64,000 nucleotides of DNA, taken from the sequence record MN850622.1, one strand, 5' to 3'. Below the pieces are notes generated by a model. It was given only the letters and a program-made list of their open reading frames with translations, was not told the origin of the DNA and did no database searches. The number at the start of each line of letters is the position of its first letter. Position 1 is the stretch's first letter. Shown here one piece after another: positions 25,270 through 35,537 of the stretch. Source of the DNA: Escherichia phage mobillu. The position numbers and the translations under genes were made by a program.

Positions 25270-26370
25270 ATGAAAGTTATGTTTATCCCATCTCGCGCAG
25301 TCCCATTTAACCCAGAACGTGTACAAGGTGGTCTTGAAGCAGTACATTTAAATGTGTTGAAATATCTTGTGTCCATCGGTGCTGATATTGATTATATCGG
25401 CTTTGATAATGACACGTTTGGTGACTGGAAGGTTAATCATCATCCTGTTGGTCATCTGACTAAATTCAGTCTAGGTATGAGTTATACTATGGCTCGTAAG
25501 ATTGTTGAACTAGCCGGCATTAATGAGTACGATTTCGTTGTTACAATGGAACCGACCAAACTAACCGTTCAGGCAATTAAAGACGCAGGTCTCTCTAAAG
25601 TTCATAAGAATTTTATGGCAACACCATTTGAACCAGTATCTCGTGGCATTGTTCAAATTTGGGACCAGACTATTCAAATTCATAAGAACGGTGGTAAGAG
25701 TTATGCTCCTACTAAAGCCTTCCGTGAATTTGAACGCAAATATTGTTATATGACTTCAGGTCTGACTGACAAAATTGATTATGATTATTGGCGAGCAAAT
25801 CCGTTGTTTGAAGCCGAAGATTATCCGGTTATTTGTTTGAATGATAAACCTGAAGTTCTTCCGGCGACTGATCTGATTATTAGTGCACAACGTTATGACA
25901 CTAAAATGCGTCGTACTGATGTTGCTCTTGAAGCGATTAAAGCACTAGGCGAAAATGGTGCAGGATACTGTCCTAGTAAATGGGCACCACCAGCTAAATA
26001 TCCTGTTATTATTGATGCTCCACACAGTGAAATCATGGAACGTCTTAAAATGGCTAAAGCACTTATTAATACGTGTCCTGACACAGGTACGGTAGAGAAT
26101 AGTTCTATTGAAGCCATCTCTAAAGGTGTCCCTGTAATCCAGTTAGTTTTTAAGGATTATCCTCATGCGACATTCGAATACGACCCGGATACTGTGCGTG
26201 TAGAAATTGATTCCTCTACTCCTAAGAAAGAAGTAGTTGCGCTTTACACAAAAGCTGTATTAGAATTCACTGACACATACGAAGCTCGAGTTAAACGTGC
26301 TGAAGCAGTATGGAAGAAATATAATCGAGATGCAGTTGTTGCGATGTGGGATAAAATCTTCACAGCGTAA
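25270..26370 (+). CDS. GT-B fold glycosyltransferase-like protein (candidate DNA hmC glycosyltransferase)
   Basis: 366 aa; N-terminal MKVMFIPSR...GGLE resembling GT4/T4 alpha-gt N-terminus; inserted between 39 and rIIA. Confidence 0.45.
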   Translation: MKVMFIPSRAVPFNPERVQGGLEAVHLNVLKYLVSIGADIDYIGFDNDTFGDWKVNHHPVGHLTKFSLGMSYTMARKIVELAGINEYDFVVTMEPTKLTVQAIKDAGLSKVHKNFMATPFEPVSRGIVQIWDQTIQIHKNGGKSYAPTKAFREFERKYCYMTSGLTDKIDYDYWRANPLFEAEDYPVICLNDKPEVLPATDLIISAQRYDTKMRRTDVALEAIKALGENGAGYCPSKWAPPAKYPVIIDAPHSEIMERLKMAKALINTCPDTGTVENSSIEAISKGVPVIQLVFKDYPHATFEYDPDTVRVEIDSSTPKKEVVALYTKAVLEFTDTYEARVKRAEAVWKKYNRDAVVAMWDKIFTA

Positions 26371-26386
26371 ATCCTGAATAGCCTGA

Positions 26387-26437
26387 GGCACTATTACACA
26401 TAAGATGATAGATTATATGGTCTTTAGTAATAGTGCC
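26387..26437. repeat. 11-bp inverted repeat with about 29-nt AT-rich loop
   Basis: ggcactattac ... gtaatagtgcc between glycosyltransferase-like gene and rIIA.1-position ORF. Confidence 0.5.
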
Positions 26438-26462
26438 CTAGGAATCTACTGAAGAGAATATT

Positions 26463-26663
26463 ATGAGAACATATAACGTGGACTTGGAACTTTTTGATAA
26501 AGCAGTGCTCCGGGAATTCCGGCTTATCCAAAGATTTTTTGATATCGAATCAGCAGAGTCCTTTAAAGAACGCTTTAAAGAAATTCGATATAAAATACAA
26601 ACCGATACAGCTACTAAAGAAGAACTTCTTGAAGTAGCAGAAATTTTTAAACGTAACTTGTGA
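26463..26663 (+). CDS. hypothetical protein (rIIA.1 position)
   Basis: 66 aa ORF immediately upstream of rIIA. Confidence 0.45.
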   Translation: MRTYNVDLELFDKAVLREFRLIQRFFDIESAESFKERFKEIRYKIQTDTATKEELLEVAEIFKRNL

Positions 26664-26675
26664 TGAGAGAAAAAT

Positions 26676-28889
26676 ATGATTATTGAAACGGCTAAAGAAA
26701 CGATTATTGGTTCTGGTGGTAAAAGCACAGCATTTACTATTCAAGGCAATAGCAAAGTTTATAAGATTTTGTCTAATGACCTTTATACAAACAAAGAATT
26801 GGCTTGTGTACGTGAATTAATCACAAACTGTATTGATGGGCAAATTCTTAATGGTTGCACTGATAAGTTTATTGTTCAGGCACCAGGTCGTTTAGACCCA
26901 CGTTTTGTAGTTCGAGACTTTGGTCCTGGTATGAGTGATTTCACCATTCGAGGTAATGACGAAGAGCCAGGAATTTATAACTCATATTTTGCTTCAACTA
27001 AAACATCGAGTAACGATTTCATTGGTGGATTCGGACTCGGCTCTAAAGCTCCATTAGCATATACCGATACGTTTAACCTTACGTCTTATCACAACGGCGA
27101 AGTTCGTGGTTACGTAATCTACCAAGATGACACGGGTCCACAAATTAAGCCGACCTTTGTAGATAAGATGGGTCCTGATGACCGTACTGGTGTAGAAGTA
27201 GTCGTACCGGTTAACCCGGAAGATTTTGAAAAGTTTGCATCCGAAATTGCGTATGTTATGCGTCCTCTAGGTGATATTGCAGAAGTTCGTGGTGTTAAAG
27301 ATATTAAATACTTCCCTGAATTTGACGATGTATATTTGGCCAAGGAAGCTCCATGGGGTGAACGCGGTAATATCATGGCTGTTTACGGTGGTATTGTATA
27401 TCCAATCGGAAGTGTTATTAAAGAACAAACATGGATGATGACGCGATGCACTACAGCTTATATTAAATTCCCTATGGGTGAACTAGATGTAGCTCCGTCT
27501 CGTGAAGCATTGTCATTTGATAAACGTACGGTAGCAAATATCCATAAACGCGTTGCAGAAATCGATGCTAAATTGTTCGCTGAAGATTCTAAGAAATGGA
27601 TTGATTGTAAATACCCACGTCATGTGTTCCGTGAAATTGATTCTCTTGGCTATACCGCTCGTAAATACATGGAAAAGGCTGGGTCTAATATTGAATCACT
27701 GAAATACTCTAAAGAACAACTAACTTATTCTGAGTTGTACAAACGTTTTAAAATGGGGCCTGAGTGGTGTAATCTTGGCGTCGTATATGATATCGTTGAA
27801 TCCCCTCGTCTTCGTCGTATTCGTGAAAGTGGTAGCTCAACGGCAACCATTTCAATTAACAGTCTGATTGGCATTAACATTAAAAACGTTGAAATTGTTA
27901 TTGACGACGTTAAGGGACGCGTTCCATTAATGCGAGCTCTTAATTCAATTGAAATGTCTAAAGACGAGGTTAAATTAACTGGTAAAGTTCCACGCGGTTT
28001 TGGTAAAAGCGTACTATTCGTTGACCCTACAGACGAAGATGCAATGAAACTTCTGGAACGCCTTAAAGTTATCTTTGTTGGCGACAACATTAACATGTAC
28101 AAGACTTCAGAGCTTTTACAAATCGTTAAGCCATGGATTGAAGTCAGGAAACGAACTAATGAGCCTCGTCCTAAATCGCCAAGTGCTCATCGATTCTTTA
28201 AGAATGAAAACGATGTTTGGGTATCAGAAGACCTCTTTATTCCGGCAAGTGAAGCAGATGAAATCCAAGGTTATGCTATAGTTCGTAATCGTTCTAATGC
28301 TGAATGTCTTGATGCAGATAAAGGTTGGTTGAACTATGACTCTAATTTCTTGACCCGTATTGCTGATTTGTCAGATATTAAAGAGTTCACTGTAGTCCGT
28401 CCACAGATTGCTAAGAAAGTTCGTAAACTTGGTGAAGTAGAATGCTTGTTCGAAAAATCAATTAATGACTATATTACGCTAATCGATAAAGTAGATTATG
28501 ATGAGTATGTATCACCAAGTCGTAGAGCACAGCCCTATCTAAACCATATTACTCGTAATGAAGAGCTTAACTTCCTTAGTAAGTATTTTAGCTCTAAGAA
28601 CAAAGAAATCAGTAAAGATTTTGCAAAACTCTCCACAGTAAATAATCGCTGGGGATGGAATCGATTCGCAGGTGCTACTAATACAGACCTGAATAAGAAG
28701 TTAGAATTGTGTGCTAAAATTTTCGATAAGCTTAAAGATAATGCTTACGATAATGATGATAAAATGGTTATTGAATTCGAAACCAATTATCATATTGTGA
28801 CAGAATACATGGGACGACGTGGTACTCTTTCAAAAGAACAGGTCGCTCAAATCGTTAAATTCATGAAGGCCGTGGAAGCGGCCAAATAA
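26676..28889 (+). CDS. rIIA: rIIA membrane-associated GHKL-ATPase-like protein
   Basis: 737 aa; N-terminus and GGFGLGSK, VRDFGPGM motifs match T4 rIIA. Confidence 0.9.
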   Translation: MIIETAKETIIGSGGKSTAFTIQGNSKVYKILSNDLYTNKELACVRELITNCIDGQILNGCTDKFIVQAPGRLDPRFVVRDFGPGMSDFTIRGNDEEPGIYNSYFASTKTSSNDFIGGFGLGSKAPLAYTDTFNLTSYHNGEVRGYVIYQDDTGPQIKPTFVDKMGPDDRTGVEVVVPVNPEDFEKFASEIAYVMRPLGDIAEVRGVKDIKYFPEFDDVYLAKEAPWGERGNIMAVYGGIVYPIGSVIKEQTWMMTRCTTAYIKFPMGELDVAPSREALSFDKRTVANIHKRVAEIDAKLFAEDSKKWIDCKYPRHVFREIDSLGYTARKYMEKAGSNIESLKYSKEQLTYSELYKRFKMGPEWCNLGVVYDIVESPRLRRIRESGSSTATISINSLIGINIKNVEIVIDDVKGRVPLMRALNSIEMSKDEVKLTGKVPRGFGKSVLFVDPTDEDAMKLLERLKVIFVGDNINMYKTSELLQIVKPWIEVRKRTNEPRPKSPSAHRFFKNENDVWVSEDLFIPASEADEIQGYAIVRNRSNAECLDADKGWLNYDSNFLTRIADLSDIKEFTVVRPQIAKKVRKLGEVECLFEKSINDYITLIDKVDYDEYVSPSRRAQPYLNHITRNEELNFLSKYFSSKNKEISKDFAKLSTVNNRWGWNRFAGATNTDLNKKLELCAKIFDKLKDNAYDNDDKMVIEFETNYHIVTEYMGRRGTLSKEQVAQIVKFMKAVEAAK

Positions 28890-28898
28890 GGAAACATT

Positions 28899-29846
28899 AT
28901 GTACAATATCAAATGCTTGTCCCAAGAAGAACAGTTAGAAGCTTACGGCCTGGTTGAATCAGGCAAATGGACTCGTAAAGAAATTGCCGATTACTTCGAC
29001 ATTTCAACAGATACTCTTCGTAAGATTGTTAAGAATTTTAAAGCAGAAGGCGTTGTCCCTGAAGCAAACGATGCCTCTTATGTAATCGAAGAAATTCCAG
29101 AAAATGATGAACCTATTATCGGCGGACATCGTCCAGAAATCGTATGGAACGCATCATCTAAATTTATTTCAATCATTGAAGGACGCGTAGCATACAATGC
29201 GACCCCATCAAGTCATGCAAATTTTGAAGAAATTAAAGCTAATCTGGTCGCAGGAAACCTTAGTAAAGCTGTCGAACTTATTAACATCAAGAAAGCTATT
29301 AGTAAGTTTGTTGACGGTAATGTTGTTATTGAAGGTGGTAGTTTATTTTATCAAGGTATAGAGATTCGTTCTGGCCTGGTTAATCGTATTATTGATTCTA
29401 TGGAAAAAGGCGAAGACTTTAAATTCTATCTACCGTTCCTTGAAAACCTGTTAGAAAACCCGAGCGAAAAAGCTGTACAACGTTTATTCGACTTCTTGGT
29501 TGCAAATGATATTGAAATCACTGAAGATGGTCATTTCTATGCGTGGAAAGTAGTTCGTAAGGACTATTTAGACTGCTATAGTGGTACATTTGATAACTCC
29601 CCAGGTAAAGTTGTTTCAATGCCTCGTACTCGAGTTAACGACGATGATACTCAAACCTGCTCCCGTGGTCTCCACGTTTGTGCTAAATCTTATATTCGCC
29701 ACTTTGGTTCAAGCTCAGATAAAGTTGTGAAAGTTAAAGTTCATCCACGTGATGTTGTATCCATCCCGGTTGACTATGGTGATGCTAAGATGCGTACATG
29801 TCGTTATGAAGTAATTTCAGACGTTACTGAATTGTTTGCAGAATAA
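28899..29846 (+). CDS. rIIB: rIIB protein
   Basis: 315 aa; MYNIKCL..., FDFLVANDIEITEDG, SMPRTRVNDDDTQTCSRGLHVC match T4 rIIB. Confidence 0.85.
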   Translation: MYNIKCLSQEEQLEAYGLVESGKWTRKEIADYFDISTDTLRKIVKNFKAEGVVPEANDASYVIEEIPENDEPIIGGHRPEIVWNASSKFISIIEGRVAYNATPSSHANFEEIKANLVAGNLSKAVELINIKKAISKFVDGNVVIEGGSLFYQGIEIRSGLVNRIIDSMEKGEDFKFYLPFLENLLENPSEKAVQRLFDFLVANDIEITEDGHFYAWKVVRKDYLDCYSGTFDNSPGKVVSMPRTRVNDDDTQTCSRGLHVCAKSYIRHFGSSSDKVVKVKVHPRDVVSIPVDYGDAKMRTCRYEVISDVTELFAE

Positions 29847-29851
29847 TAATT

Positions 29852-29874
29852 GGGGACTTCGGTCCCCTTTTTTC
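29852..29874 (+). terminator. intrinsic terminator after rIIB
   Basis: ggggaCTTCGgtcccc + TTTTTT. Confidence 0.7.
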
Positions 29875-29887
29875 TTTAGGGGTAATT

Positions 29888-30175
29888 ATGATTCATCCAT
29901 TTGACGTATCAGAATCCAAAATTGCTAATCTTCGTGGTCATCATAAGTGTAAATCAGTTTATTGCGCTAAATTGGTAAAACATCCTGGTGATGCACACTA
30001 CGGCTGGTTAGAATGCGACGAAGTTGTTATTGAAATCCCACCGGTAGATGCAGAATATCTTGAAGAAGGTGACCGCATTTATTTTGGCGAACTACACATC
30101 AGAGGTATCTATGGTAAAGACGAACTTGGGGCTGTTGAGGCTGAAGAGTCTTCCGACATTTATCCTGTCGAATGA
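29888..30175 (+). CDS. hypothetical protein
   Basis: 95 aa ORF after rIIB terminator, GGGGTAA RBS. Confidence 0.45.
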   Translation: MIHPFDVSESKIANLRGHHKCKSVYCAKLVKHPGDAHYGWLECDEVVIEIPPVDAEYLEEGDRIYFGELHIRGIYGKDELGAVEAEESSDIYPVE

Positions 30176-30191
30176 GTTTTTGACTAGTGAA

Positions 30192-30668
30192 ATGAAGGTG
30201 AAGATTGCTGACACTGCTCGGTACTCGTTGAAACAAGATCCTGACCAAAACAAAGAAGATGTAGTTCGACGTTGTAAGGTTGCAGTCTTTGCAGAGTATG
30301 TAGTAGCAAATTGGCTAGACGGATATGTTAATAAAGGTAATGAAGACGTAGAAGACCCGTACACGTATGCATGGGACGTGTTAGCCCATCCCAAATATTG
30401 TGGAATTCGTGTAGAAGTCAAGACACATCAGATGGATTCTAAATGGATTTCTGTTACCACAGGATACAGTGGTGATTATCCGGGTGGCAACGGAATCAAC
30501 ATAGGGCCCTTCTTGAACCATCGAGTCGCAGATTGCATTATTATATTAGATGTCAAAGAAACCTCACCTGACGTCTTCTCTTATTCTATAAAGTTCGTGG
30601 GAGACCATGAAGACCTAAAGAAAATCGTCCGCAAGAGCAACTACAACGGGTGGTATCTTCATCTTTAA
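30192..30668 (+). CDS. hypothetical protein (denB syntenic position; identity unverified)
   Basis: 158 aa from internal ATG of track ORF 30048; start uncertain (30111 alternative). Confidence 0.4.
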   Translation: MKVKIADTARYSLKQDPDQNKEDVVRRCKVAVFAEYVVANWLDGYVNKGNEDVEDPYTYAWDVLAHPKYCGIRVEVKTHQMDSKWISVTTGYSGDYPGGNGINIGPFLNHRVADCIIILDVKETSPDVFSYSIKFVGDHEDLKKIVRKSNYNGWYLHL

Positions 30669-30680
30669 TTTCATAAAAGT

Positions 30681-30710
30681 GTTTACAACTAAGTAGGACT
30701 ATGATATATT
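30681..30710 (+). promoter_or_regulatory. T4-type early promoter with inverted repeat
   Basis: GTTTAC + 18 + TATATT; taggact / agtccta. Confidence 0.55.
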
Positions 30711-30736
30711 AGTCCTATCTAAAAGAGGATAACATC

Positions 30737-31000
30737 ATGAAATTTAAATTTTTCTACGCAAAACATAAAGTAACAGGCGAATTTGTTTCAATGTACAACA
30801 CTGCAGATGACGAAGGGATGATTTATACCCATTTGGGTCTATCTCATTGGGACTCAGACGTGCCTTATATGTCATCTGAAGCCGAAATAACTCGTTTAGT
30901 TAACGGACATATGAACGACCATTTTAGTGTTATTCTTTCTAAAGACCTTAAAGAGGTTATCAACAAAGGATATATGGAACTTGCGGAAGTTGAGATATGA
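30737..31000 (+). CDS. hypothetical protein
   Basis: 87 aa after early promoter. Confidence 0.5.
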   Translation: MKFKFFYAKHKVTGEFVSMYNTADDEGMIYTHLGLSHWDSDVPYMSSEAEITRLVNGHMNDHFSVILSKDLKEVINKGYMELAEVEI

Positions 31001-31189
31001 GCTCTAAAATGTGGATCGGAATATGGTTGCTTAGTATCCCTATGATTTGTATAATATTTTCAATTGCATTGAGGTACTTATGAAAAATGCGCTTATTGTA
31101 TTAAGAACAATTTGTGATACGGGTTTTTACATTGCATGTTCGTTCACTGGAACATGGTTGGCTTTAACATATTTTAATGTAATTTAATT

Positions 31190-31219
31190 GTTTACATCAC
31201 GGTAGGATTATGGTATAGT
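31190..31219 (+). promoter_or_regulatory. T4-type early promoter with inverted repeat
   Basis: GTTTAC + 18 + TATAGT; gtaggat / agtcctac. Confidence 0.55.
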
Positions 31220-31247
31220 AGTCCTACTGAAACATGAGGAACACAAA

Positions 31248-31448
31248 ATGGCTAAGCTTTTTAAAGATGTTGAAATTGGTGAAAAATTTGTTCTGAATAA
31301 TGGTCAGCAGCTTATTCGTGTAGCTTCTATCGCCGGACAAACTCATAACTGTATCGCCCCAACGTGTTGGACTCGATTCTTTATTGAAGATGACACTGAA
31401 TGTTTAACTGTTGAAGAGCTTTTTGAACGTTCTGATATAGCCGAATAA
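31248..31448 (+). CDS. hypothetical protein
   Basis: 66 aa after early promoter. Confidence 0.45.
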   Translation: MAKLFKDVEIGEKFVLNNGQQLIRVASIAGQTHNCIAPTCWTRFFIEDDTECLTVEELFERSDIAE

Positions 31449-31450
31449 AA

Positions 31451-31480
31451 TTGTACAAACTCTTGAGAGCAGAGTATAAT
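31451..31480 (+). promoter_or_regulatory. T4-type early promoter (variant -35) upstream of ndd
   Basis: TTGTAC + 18 + TATAAT inside gagca/tgctc inverted repeat. Confidence 0.5.
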
Positions 31481-31524
31481 GCTCTCATGGATTACAAAAA
31501 CATTAATCAATTGAGGAAATTAGC

Positions 31525-31971
31525 ATGTCCAAATATTTAACTCGTAAAGACCTTCTGGCAGTTGGCGGTGAAGTTGTTGCAGTAGTTCGTAATGGCGAAT
31601 ACGGTTCTGAAGTTTCTAAAGAGTTTCGTTCTCGTGAAGGTTTTTACTTCTTTGTTAAAGGTTCATCTGATTGGCGACAAGTAGCAGCACGATTCTTTGT
31701 AGGACGTCAACGTTCTAAACAAGGGTTGGATGCAATTCTTTCTCACATTCGTCAAGGCCGTTCGCAACTAGCCCGTACCATGGGCACTAACAATATTGAA
31801 TATGACGTAATCTTTGTTGCAGCTAAGAACATGAAACCACTGACCACTGGTTATGGTAAAGGTCAATTGGCTCTGGCATTCACTCGCAACCATACATCAG
31901 AATATCAAACACTCACTGAAATGAACCGTCTTCTGGCAGATAATTTCAAATTCATTCTGCAGAGTTACTAA
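31525..31971 (+). CDS. ndd: Ndd nucleoid disruption protein
   Basis: 148 aa; [57 protein letters not shown] match T4 Ndd. Confidence 0.8.
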   Translation: MSKYLTRKDLLAVGGEVVAVVRNGEYGSEVSKEFRSREGFYFFVKGSSDWRQVAARFFVGRQRSKQGLDAILSHIRQGRSQLARTMGTNNIEYDVIFVAAKNMKPLTTGYGKGQLALAFTRNHTSEYQTLTEMNRLLADNFKFILQSY

Positions 31972-32023
31972 TTTATACAGGCCTATTAAGTTGGGCCTTT
32001 AATTTATTTTTGAGGTAATTAAA

Positions 32024-32170
32024 ATGGTAGCATGGATTATTGCATTGCTGTGTTGGTCGTTTTTATTCGTTAACACTTTAGTTACAGGCGAAACAACAGT
32101 ATTTCAACAGGCCGTATCACAAGGTACCTTAGCGGTCTTAGCTCTTATTAACGTGTTAAAAGGCGAGTAA
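32024..32170 (+). CDS. small hydrophobic peptide
   Basis: 48 aa ORF below track cut-off; GAGGT RBS; single TM-like segment. Confidence 0.35.
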   Translation: MVAWIIALLCWSFLFVNTLVTGETTVFQQAVSQGTLAVLALINVLKGE

Positions 32171-32310
32171 TGATTAAGAAAATCTTAGCAGGAGCCTTCG
32201 GGCTCTTGTTGTTGCTTACGGTTCTGTACTACGGTGCGATGTTTGGACTAATCCAAGTAGTGCTTTTCATTTCAGATGTTATAATGGTTATTCGTTCATT
32301 AATATGGTGA
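32170..32310 (+). CDS. small hydrophobic peptide
   Basis: 46 aa ORF, TAATG-coupled; Leu-rich TM segment. Confidence 0.35.
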   Translation: MIKKILAGAFGLLLLLTVLYYGAMFGLIQVVLFISDVIMVIRSLIW

Positions 32311-32314
32311 AAAT

Positions 32315-33640
32315 ATGCAATTGAATTCTCGTAATCTAAAAAGTATTATTGATAACGAAGCCTTAGCATATGCGATGTACACCGTTGAAAACCGTGCAAT
32401 CCCAAACATGATTGATGGATTTAAGCCGGTTCAACGTTTTGTGGTTCATCGCGCGTTAGATTTGGCTCGTGGTAATAAAGAAAAATTTCATAAACTTGCG
32501 TCAATTGCAGGCGGTGTTGCAGATTTAGGTTATCACCATGGTGAATCTTCTGCACAAGATGCAGGTGCATTGATGGCTAACACATGGAACAACAACTATC
32601 CATTGTTAGATGGCCAAGGCAACTTTGGTTCTCGAACAGTCCAAAAAGCTGCAGCATCTCGTTATATTTTTGCTCGTGTAAGTAAAAATTTCTATAACGT
32701 ATATAAAGATACTGAATATGCTCCAGCTCATGAAGATAAAGAACACATTCCACCAAAATTTTATCTTCCTATTATTCCGACAGTTCTTTTGAATGGCGTC
32801 TCTGGTATTGCAACCGGTTACGCAACAAATATTCTGCCTCATAGTTTTAAATCAGTCAAAAAGGCTGTATTACAAGCTCTTCAAGGTAAAAATGTCACTA
32901 AGCCAAAAGTTGAATTCCCGGAATTCCGTGGTGAAGTACATGAAGTTGATGGGCGTTATGAGATTCACGGAACATATAAGTTCACATCTCGCACTCAAAT
33001 GCAGATAACTGAAATCCCATATAAATTCGACCGTGAAACGTATGTGAGTAAGGTTCTTGACCCGTTGGAAGACAAAGGTCTAATCTCATGGGAAGATGAT
33101 TGTGGTGAACACGGCTTTGGGTTTAAGGTGAAGTTCCGTAAAGAGTACTCGCTTCCTGATGATGAAGAGCTACGTCATGAAAAAATCATGAAAGATTTTA
33201 GTCTCATCGAACGTCGTTCACAAAACATCACAGTGATTAATGAAAAGGGTAAATTAGCTGTCTATGATAACGTAGTGGACTTAATCAAAGATTTTGTTGA
33301 AGTCCGTAAGACTTACGTTCAGAAACGTATTGACAACAAAATCCTTGAATCTGAAAAAGCATTTAAACTTGCTTTTGCTAAGGCACACTTCATCAAAAAA
33401 GTTATCAACGGTGAAATTGTGATTCAGGGCAAGACTCGTAAAGCTTTGACTGAAGAGCTAGCACAAATCGAAATGTATAAAGAACATGTCGATAAACTGG
33501 TAGGTCTTAACATCTTCCATATCACTTCCGATGAAGCACGTAAACTAGCAGAAGAAGCTAAAGCTAAGAAAGAAGAAAATGGGTATTGGAAGTCTACTGA
33601 TGTTGTGACAGAGTACACTAAAGACTTGGAGGCACTTTGA
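32315..33640 (+). CDS. 52: DNA topoisomerase II medium subunit (GyrA-like)
   Basis: 441 aa; N-terminal ...AYAMYTVENRAIPNMIDGFKPVQRF matches T4 gp52. Confidence 0.9.
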   Translation: MQLNSRNLKSIIDNEALAYAMYTVENRAIPNMIDGFKPVQRFVVHRALDLARGNKEKFHKLASIAGGVADLGYHHGESSAQDAGALMANTWNNNYPLLDGQGNFGSRTVQKAAASRYIFARVSKNFYNVYKDTEYAPAHEDKEHIPPKFYLPIIPTVLLNGVSGIATGYATNILPHSFKSVKKAVLQALQGKNVTKPKVEFPEFRGEVHEVDGRYEIHGTYKFTSRTQMQITEIPYKFDRETYVSKVLDPLEDKGLISWEDDCGEHGFGFKVKFRKEYSLPDDEELRHEKIMKDFSLIERRSQNITVINEKGKLAVYDNVVDLIKDFVEVRKTYVQKRIDNKILESEKAFKLAFAKAHFIKKVINGEIVIQGKTRKALTEELAQIEMYKEHVDKLVGLNIFHITSDEARKLAEEAKAKKEENGYWKSTDVVTEYTKDLEAL

Positions 33641-33717
33641 GTGCCCTAGCCTTAGGATTTCTCGGTGCAATAGCTGCACTAGTGATTTGGCTGTATTGGT
33701 TGGACAAACATGATTAG

Positions 33718-33736
33718 GGAGCTTCGGCTCCTTTTT
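33718..33736 (+). terminator. intrinsic terminator after gene 52
   Basis: ggagcTTCGgctcc + TTTTT. Confidence 0.65.
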
Positions 33737-33757
33737 GTGCATTTTTCTCACAAAACA

Positions 33758-33786
33758 GTTTACACGTGCTTCAAACATGATATTAT
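33758..33786 (+). promoter_or_regulatory. T4-type early promoter upstream of motA
   Basis: GTTTAC + 17 + TATTAT, CTATCAA leader. Confidence 0.55.
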
Positions 33787-33825
33787 AAACCTATCAAAAC
33801 AAAACAGCCGAATTGGAGAAATAAA

Positions 33826-34458
33826 ATGTCTAAAGTTACTTACATCATCAAAGCTTCTGAAAACGCTCTGAATGAAAAAACTGCTGCAATAATGGTTTAT
33901 ATCATTAAGAACAACTTCACCACTGCTGCCAATGTCCGTGAAGCTCTGGAAGCAGAATACAATGCATCGGTTGTTAACTCTAACATTGGTGTATTGATTA
34001 AGAAAGGTTTGGTCGAAAAATCCGGTGATGGACTTGTAGCAACAGGCGAAGCAATGGATATTATCCAAAAAGCTGCAGACCTATTTGCTCAAGAAAATGC
34101 TCCAGAACTTCTTCAGAAACGTAACACCAGAAAAGCACGTGGAGTTACTCCTGAAATGCATGAATTAGCAAACTTTGTTTTTGAAAATATTAAAGATAAA
34201 GTTGAAGTTAAAGAAATTGGTGAAAACCGTAGTAACTTAGAAGTTCGATTTGCAAAACGAGTTCTAGGTATTCGTCAGATCGAAATTCGTCGAGATGGCG
34301 CTCTTAGAATCTTTGCATACAACATGTCAGAAACTGAATCAAAGCTGTTTACTTCTCTTGAAAATGATGTTAAGATTAAGATCGGTGGTAAATATACTTA
34401 CATTGACTTCCCTAATGTGTCCAAAGAAATCATTACCCTTGTAACTAACGTACTGTGA
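33826..34458 (+). CDS. motA: MotA middle-transcription activator
   Basis: 210 aa; MSKVTYIIKAS...VVNSNIGVLIKKGLVEKSGDGL...ENAPELL matches T4 MotA. Confidence 0.9.
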   Translation: MSKVTYIIKASENALNEKTAAIMVYIIKNNFTTAANVREALEAEYNASVVNSNIGVLIKKGLVEKSGDGLVATGEAMDIIQKAADLFAQENAPELLQKRNTRKARGVTPEMHELANFVFENIKDKVEVKEIGENRSNLEVRFAKRVLGIRQIEIRRDGALRIFAYNMSETESKLFTSLENDVKIKIGGKYTYIDFPNVSKEIITLVTNVL

Positions 34459-34468
34459 GGAATACATA

Positions 34469-34798
34469 ATGAATAAGCTGAATATTATTAACGAACTTCG
34501 TAAATGTGCAGAACCTACTCAGGAAGGATGGGATATTTGGTACCACGGGGCTTATTTAGGGACAATTGTAAAGATTAAAGCAGGCCAATATACGGTTATT
34601 CGTGAAAATAATGACGCGCCATTTGGCCTTCGTAAAAACTACATGGCAGCGATCAGTTCATTTGTTGATGCAGCTTACGAAATCTATAAAGAAGATTATA
34701 AAGAATATCAGCAGTCACAACCGGTTATTCGTTCAATTGGTGTTAACAAAGCTCAGCAGAAAACTTTGTGGCAACGTATTAAAGGATGGTTTAAATGA
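34469..34798 (+). CDS. hypothetical protein
   Basis: 109 aa. Confidence 0.5.
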   Translation: MNKLNIINELRKCAEPTQEGWDIWYHGAYLGTIVKIKAGQYTVIRENNDAPFGLRKNYMAAISSFVDAAYEIYKEDYKEYQQSQPVIRSIGVNKAQQKTLWQRIKGWFK

Positions 34799-35256
34799 AA
34801 ACTTTTAAAGAACGTTTAGCTCTGTTAGATAAAGCTTTGACGCGTGAGACTCCGGAAAGTCTGGCTGCTAAATTAGCTTCTTACGGTGGTGAATATACAG
34901 AACAAAATGTTTTAGATGAAGTTCCTGAAATCTGTTGGCAGACTCTGTATTGGGATGAAAACCAAAAGTATCAACGACGAATTGTCTGCGCAGCCAACCG
35001 TTTTAAATTAAAAGATGGACGAACTCTTATTATTCCAGGTGCTCGTCATTATTCTAAAGATATGGCAGAAGTTTTAGATGTAGTTAAACCTCAATTAGTT
35101 ACTCAACAAGTTTGTGATGATGACCAAGGGTTTATTGACCAGTATAGTAATTATTGGACACGTGAAGAAGCAATGATTATTGCAACTTACGCTGGACAAG
35201 TACGTATTGAACGTGGTGGTAATGAAAAAGAACTTTACTCTGAGGACCTTTACTAA
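34795..35256 (+). CDS. hypothetical protein
   Basis: 153 aa, ATGA overlap. Confidence 0.5.
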   Translation: MKTFKERLALLDKALTRETPESLAAKLASYGGEYTEQNVLDEVPEICWQTLYWDENQKYQRRIVCAANRFKLKDGRTLIIPGARHYSKDMAEVLDVVKPQLVTQQVCDDDQGFIDQYSNYWTREEAMIIATYAGQVRIERGGNEKELYSEDLY

Positions 35257-35537
35257 TGAATCTTAAACAACTCCAGATTGATGCTATTGAAGCCCACATT
35301 AATCATATCAAACGCCTGAATGCTATGATGGAAGAAAATTATGGTATGTATGCTAATCAGCCTGGTTGGGATGCTTTAGACCATCCTTATTTGGTTAATT
35401 TATGTAAAGGTGATACGTTAGCAATTATTCGTGATGGGTTAAAACCTTTCTTGCGCGACATGTATATTAAAATGAACGAAGAAATTATTAGCTCGTTGCA
35501 ATATCAATTAAGGAAATTAGATGATGAGAATAATTGA
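35256..35537 (+). CDS. hypothetical protein
   Basis: 93 aa. Confidence 0.45.
   Translation: MNLKQLQIDAIEAHINHIKRLNAMMEENYGMYANQPGWDALDHPYLVNLCKGDTLAIIRDGLKPFLRDMYIKMNEEIISSLQYQLRKLDDENN

Noticed and set aside
27725-28102. Minus-strand 125-aa ORF inside rIIA
   Set aside because: Shadow ORF within rIIA.
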